This document shows positions 60,233 through 64,000 of a stretch of 64,000 bases of DNA, piece after piece; the first letter of the stretch is position 1, and every line of letters begins with the position of its first letter. The stretch is from Bacillota bacterium. Its GTDB lineage: Bacteria > Bacillota > Clostridia > Christensenellales > DTU072. Location of the stretch: positions 2,464 to 66,463 of the forward strand of contig WQYD01000003.1 in the NCBI GenBank assembly GCA_009781445.1, read 5' to 3'. A program made the position numbers and the translations under genes. The notes under the pieces were generated by a model. That model did no database searches. It was not told where the DNA came from and was given only the letters and a program-made list of their open reading frames with translations.

Positions 60233-61603
60233 TTACTGTTTCATTTTCCTCACCTCATATAAAATCAAACTTCCCGCAACTATCGCGGCGGCGAAGTCTG
60301 CCACTGCGCCAGAGTAAAGCACGCCGTCTATTCCAAAAAAGAGTGGCAGGATTAGAATTAAGGGTAGCAGGAATATAACTTGCCGTGTGAGTGCAACCGT
60401 TACCCCCCTAATGGGCTTGCCTATGCCCGAAAATAGGTGCGCGCCAAGGGGTTGAACCCAATTAAGCGCGGTTAGCATTAAAAATATTCTAAAGTATTTT
60501 ACGGCAAATTCATTAAATAGTTCCCCTTTTACCCCAAAAATCCCTATTATTTGCAATGGGAAAATTTGAAACAGCAAAAAAGCAATTATGGAAACGGCAC
60601 TAACGGCAATAAACGCCTCAAAAAGCACGCGCTTTACGCGTTCGTACTGCCCTGCCCCAAAGTTATAGCTGATTATGGGGTGCGCGCCCTGCGCCGTGCC
60701 GATTACTATGGAAAGATAAATTATGTTAATTTTTGTGATAATTGCAAAAACCGCTTGAGGGATTTCCGCGCCGTACACGCTTGCTTCGCCGTACTTTTTA
60801 AGCATATTGTTCATAACAATTTGAAGTGCCATAAGCGAAGTTTGGTTCACAAGGGGGCTTGCGCCCAGCCCTGCGATTTTTAGCATTAAATTAAAATCAG
60901 GCTTAAAATGCTTTTTAGTAAGTTTAACCCTTTTGAATCTAAAGAAGTACGCCACCGTGAACGAAGCAGACACAAACTGCGCAATAACCGATGCCCACCC
61001 TGCGCCCTTTATGCCAAGGTTTAGCCAAAGAATAAAAACTGCGTCCAAAATCACATTCAGCACCGCGCCCGAAAGCACGCAGAACATTGCGTATTTGGGG
61101 CTACCGTCCCCACGGATTATCACGCTACCGCCCACCGTAAAAGTTATTAACGGAAAGCCTAACAGCACAATGCGCGCATAATCTTTTGCAAGCGGAAAAG
61201 TAATATCGGTTGCGCCGAACGCAACCAACACCGAATCAAGAAACACGCTTAAAAATATGGCAAGAAGAACGCTTAAAACGCCAAGCATTACGATTCCGTT
61301 TCCCACCGCCTTTCCTGCGCTTTCGCGGTTTTCTCTGCCAAGTTCCAAATTATAGAATGCAGTTGTGCCTATTCCGCAAAGAAGTGAAACGGCTGTGGTA
61401 AGCGTGGCAAGCGGAATAACTGAGGCAATAGCGGCGTTGCCCGCACTGCCGATAACATGCCCGATAAAAATCTGATCCACAATTTTATAAAGCGCGCTAA
61501 CGAGGTTTGCAATTATCGCAGGCACAGCAAAACGCACAAGTAGCCTTGTGATTTTTTCATACCCGAGGGGATTTTTATCATTTAGCGCAACCGTATCATT
61601 CAT
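60233..61603 (-). CDS. MATE-family efflux transporter
   Basis: 456 aa with 12 TM helices and the N-terminal ...LLVRFAVPAIIANLVSALYKIVDQIFIGH pattern typical of MATE. Confidence 0.85.
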   Translation of the reverse strand: MNDTVALNDKNPLGYEKITRLLVRFAVPAIIANLVSALYKIVDQIFIGHVIGSAGNAAIASVIPLATLTTAVSLLCGIGTTAFYNLELGRENRESAGKAVGNGIVMLGVLSVLLAIFLSVFLDSVLVAFGATDITFPLAKDYARIVLLGFPLITFTVGGSVIIRGDGSPKYAMFCVLSGAVLNVILDAVFILWLNLGIKGAGWASVIAQFVSASFTVAYFFRFKRVKLTKKHFKPDFNLMLKIAGLGASPLVNQTSLMALQIVMNNMLKKYGEASVYGAEIPQAVFAIITKINIIYLSIVIGTAQGAHPIISYNFGAGQYERVKRVLFEAFIAVSAVSIIAFLLFQIFPLQIIGIFGVKGELFNEFAVKYFRIFLMLTALNWVQPLGAHLFSGIGKPIRGVTVALTRQVIFLLPLILILPLFFGIDGVLYSGAVADFAAAIVAGSLILYEVRKMKQ

Positions 61604-61670
61604 TTACAAATTTATTCTAACACGAACAACACGCTGTATGATATACTTTAAAGAGAGTTTGGAGGCGGTA

Positions 61671-63299
61671 ATGAAATTAAATTATGTTAAAACTATTAAA
61701 GTGGGCATAGCATTTGCTATTTGCATGGCATTTTGGACGACTTATAACTTCGCAATGCCCCTGCTTCTTGAAAATGCTTACGGATTTTCAAATACCTTAA
61801 GGGGTTTGATTATGGGCGCGGGTAGCTTTATCGGGCTTATTCTTTTGCCTATATTCGGCAAACTTTCGGATAACACAAAAGGCAAGGTGGCAAGGTTCGG
61901 CAAAAGAACGCCTTACATATTTATAGGCACAATCGTAACGGTTTTGCTTATGGCGTTTGTTCCGCTTTCGGCAACTTCGCAACTAAATAAAGCGGTTGAT
62001 TTAAGAAAAGAGATTACAAATACGGCAGTTGAGGGATATTCGTATACGGACAGCAAAGGAAAAACTTATAACAACGCAAGCGAACTTTACACAATGATTT
62101 ACGAAAAAGGCGCGGAAAATTCAGACTATGCGGATTACGCATATTTAAAAAACAACGGCATTGATTCCTTAGCCAAGTACCTTGCTATTGCAGAAAACCC
62201 AAGTTCGGGGGATTACGATAAGTTCGTGAAAACAGGCATAAACACTTACGCAAGCGATGAAGTTTTTGAAAAGCTAACCAAAACCAACGGTGGCGGTGTG
62301 GCGGGGTTTATGGTGATTTTATTCTTCGCGCTTGTGGCGGTGGCAACCTTTAGAAGCCCTGCCGTTGCCCTCATGCCCGATGTTACCCCCAAACCTTTAA
62401 GAAGCCCCGCGAACGCAATAATCAACCTTGCAGGGGGGCTTGGCGGTGCGCTTGCTTTCATAATTTACACGGCGGTTTTCCTATTTAACCCCACGGGGTA
62501 CACCCTTGTTTTCGGGCTTACTGCGGGGGTTATGCTAATTTTGCTTGCGCTTTTTGTGAAATTCGTTAATGAACCGAAAATGGTTAAGGAATGTGAGGAT
62601 TTATGCCTTGAATATAACTTAACTGACGAAGAAGAACAAAAAGCAGAAAGTGAGAACAGCGAACTCATATCCGCAGACGCAGGGCAGGACACAAAGAAAC
62701 GCGCAAAACTTGTTTCGTTTTGCTTGATTCTTGCGTCCATTTTCATGTGGTTTTTGGGATACCAAGCGATAAACGCGAACCTATCCATATATTTAACCAA
62801 AACGCTGAACATTGAACCGGGGTTCGGCGGAATAATCACAGGGGTTTCTATGGGAATATCCGCAGTGGCGTTTATCCCAGTGGGAATGCTTGCAGGGAAA
62901 ATCGGCAGAAAGAAATCAATTATAATAGGATTCTTTTTGGCACTCGTTTCATTTATATTGATTTTCTTCTTTGCTTCCGCGCCTGTAACCGCGGTTGCCG
63001 TTCTGTTTACCGCGTTCTTCTTGATTTCGGGATTCGGCATGATAATTGCGAATGTGAACACTTTCCCTATGGTTGTGGAACTTTCAGATAAAAAAAGCAT
63101 AGGAAAATACACTGGGCTATATTACACCGCAACTATGAGTTCGCAAGCAATAACCCCCTTTATTGCAGGGCTTATTATGGATAGGTGGGGCAATAAATTT
63201 ATGTTTCTTTACGCAGTGTTCGCAATCGCGGTGGGAATTGTGCTAATGATGCTTGTGAAGCATGGGGATAGTAAGCCTGTACCAAAAAGCAACGCATAA
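61671..63299 (+). CDS. MFS transporter (GPH/SLC45-like) with a large hydrophilic insert
   Basis: ATG at 61671 preceded by GGAGG. GKLSDNTKGKVARFGKRTPYIFIG motif, and an insert of about 115 aa after the early TM helices. Confidence 0.7.
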   Translation: MKLNYVKTIKVGIAFAICMAFWTTYNFAMPLLLENAYGFSNTLRGLIMGAGSFIGLILLPIFGKLSDNTKGKVARFGKRTPYIFIGTIVTVLLMAFVPLSATSQLNKAVDLRKEITNTAVEGYSYTDSKGKTYNNASELYTMIYEKGAENSDYADYAYLKNNGIDSLAKYLAIAENPSSGDYDKFVKTGINTYASDEVFEKLTKTNGGGVAGFMVILFFALVAVATFRSPAVALMPDVTPKPLRSPANAIINLAGGLGGALAFIIYTAVFLFNPTGYTLVFGLTAGVMLILLALFVKFVNEPKMVKECEDLCLEYNLTDEEEQKAESENSELISADAGQDTKKRAKLVSFCLILASIFMWFLGYQAINANLSIYLTKTLNIEPGFGGIITGVSMGISAVAFIPVGMLAGKIGRKKSIIIGFFLALVSFILIFFFASAPVTAVAVLFTAFFLISGFGMIIANVNTFPMVVELSDKKSIGKYTGLYYTATMSSQAITPFIAGLIMDRWGNKFMFLYAVFAIAVGIVLMMLVKHGDSKPVPKSNA

Positions 63300-63317
63300 T
63301 GCGGGGCATTATGTGTT

Positions 63318-63476
63318 AGGCCATAGGCCATAGGGCATAGGCCATAGTAATTGAATTTTCTAATTCAGAATTGTGGATTAAATAATAAATTGAATTTTCT
63401 AATTCAGAATTGTGGATTAAATAATAATGAGATTTAGAATCCACCCCTATGCCCTATGCCCTATAACCTATGCCCT
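63318..63476. repeat. Family-1 element with GGCATAG/CTATGCC arms and a 39-bp internal tandem duplication
   Basis: aggccataggccatagggcataggccatag ... 2 x (aattgaattttctaattcagaattgtggattaaataata) ... tgagatttagaatccacc - cctatgccctatgccctataacctatgccct. Confidence 0.9.
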
Positions 63477-63477
63477 C

Positions 63478-64000
63478 TTATAAATCATAATACTTCTTAA
63501 ACTCAATCGGGTGTGGCATCATGTTAACTTCTTCTGCGTCTTTTCTTAATTTTTTAAGCTGACTTGTGATTAGTTCTTTGCTGAAAACACCGCCGTTTAA
63601 TAAAAACTCGTGATCTTTTTCTAATGCGTCTGCGGCTTCGTCTAAAGATTTGGGAAGAGATTTAACGGTTTTCTTTTCTTCCTCTGTGAGGTTGTACATA
63701 TTTTTATCATAAGGCCCGAAACCGAGTGCAGTGGGGCAGGATTTCTTTTGAATGCCGTCTATCGCCGCCATTGCTATTGCCGAAAAGCAAAGATAAGGGT
63801 TGGCGGTGGCATCTGCGGGGCGGAATTCAAAGCGTTTGTCCTCTGGTTTAATTGCGTACCCCGGGATTCTTATAACGCTACTGCGGTTGGCAGTGGCAAA
63901 GCAAATTGTTACAGGGGCTTCATACCCCGGGACAAGCCTTTTATACGAATTTGTGGAAGGGCAACAAAACGCGGTAAGCGCAGAGGAATGTTCTAAAATT
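63478..64000 (-). CDS. glnA: Glutamine synthetase type I, C-terminal part (gene continues beyond right edge)
   Basis: The frame stays open to the window end. It reads ...CCPSTNSYKRLVPGYEAPVT... and a C-terminal ...LPKSLDEAADALEKDHEFLLNGGVFSKELI...PHPIEFKKYYDL. Confidence 0.85.
   Translation of the reverse strand, partial: ILEHSSALTAFCCPSTNSYKRLVPGYEAPVTICFATANRSSVIRIPGYAIKPEDKRFEFRPADATANPYLCFSAIAMAAIDGIQKKSCPTALGFGPYDKNMYNLTEEEKKTVKSLPKSLDEAADALEKDHEFLLNGGVFSKELITSQLKKLRKDAEEVNMMPHPIEFKKYYDL

Noticed and set aside
4672-63476. Interpretation of the repeats as autonomous insertion sequences or as classical MITEs with terminal inverted repeats and target-site duplications.
   Set aside because: No transposase ORF is present in or near any copy. 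The ends are variable-length arrays rather than defined TIRs, and I could not identify consistent direct target duplications. I kept them as non-autonomous repeats of unknown mechanism.
1-64000. tRNA, rRNA or tmRNA genes.
   Set aside because: I saw no cloverleaf-like GC-rich ~75-nt segments or rRNA-like conserved blocks while reading intergenic regions. All larger non-coding stretches are explained by repeats, promoters or terminators. This was not computationally verified.

Overview
This is a 64-kb bacterial chromosomal segment. Gene content looks like an anaerobic, Clostridia-like Bacillota organism, but the taxon cannot be fixed from the sequence alone. I support about 60 protein genes. 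Housekeeping genes include prfB, serS, glnA (partial), the pntAA-pntAB-pntB transhydrogenase, a split transketolase, a GltD-like oxidoreductase and a ferredoxin missed by the ORF track. Also present are a translationally coupled plus-strand operon (6868-15292) encoding lipoproteins, an ECF-type transporter and MobB; a PadR/DUF1700/DUF4097 triad; several transporters (MFS x2, MATE, CDF); an 8.3-kb gene for a 2753-aa repeat surface protein; and several orphans. I saw no rRNA, tRNA, CRISPR array, transposase or integrase. The dominant unexplained signal is a dense family of modular palindromic repeat elements at about 23 sites, roughly 6% of the window by hand count. They are built from tandem arrays of 7-mers (GCGCACA, CAGAATT, CGTAAGT, GTACGAA, GTTTCTC, GAGACGA, GGTGATT, CCTGCAC, GGCATAG, TTGCCTA), joined by conserved junction words and a conserved core (AATAATGAGATTTAGAATCC). 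Arrays usually occur as inverted pairs. Two related families use other units: 6-nt words plus mini-hairpins, and terminator-linked hairpin clusters. The elements sit at 8 of 9 convergent gene ends, inside operons, in one 5' leader, and in frame inside three CDSs. They also rewrite several C-termini. All protein family calls come from motifs read by eye, with no searches run. Coordinates of repeats and regulatory sites are good to a few nt.
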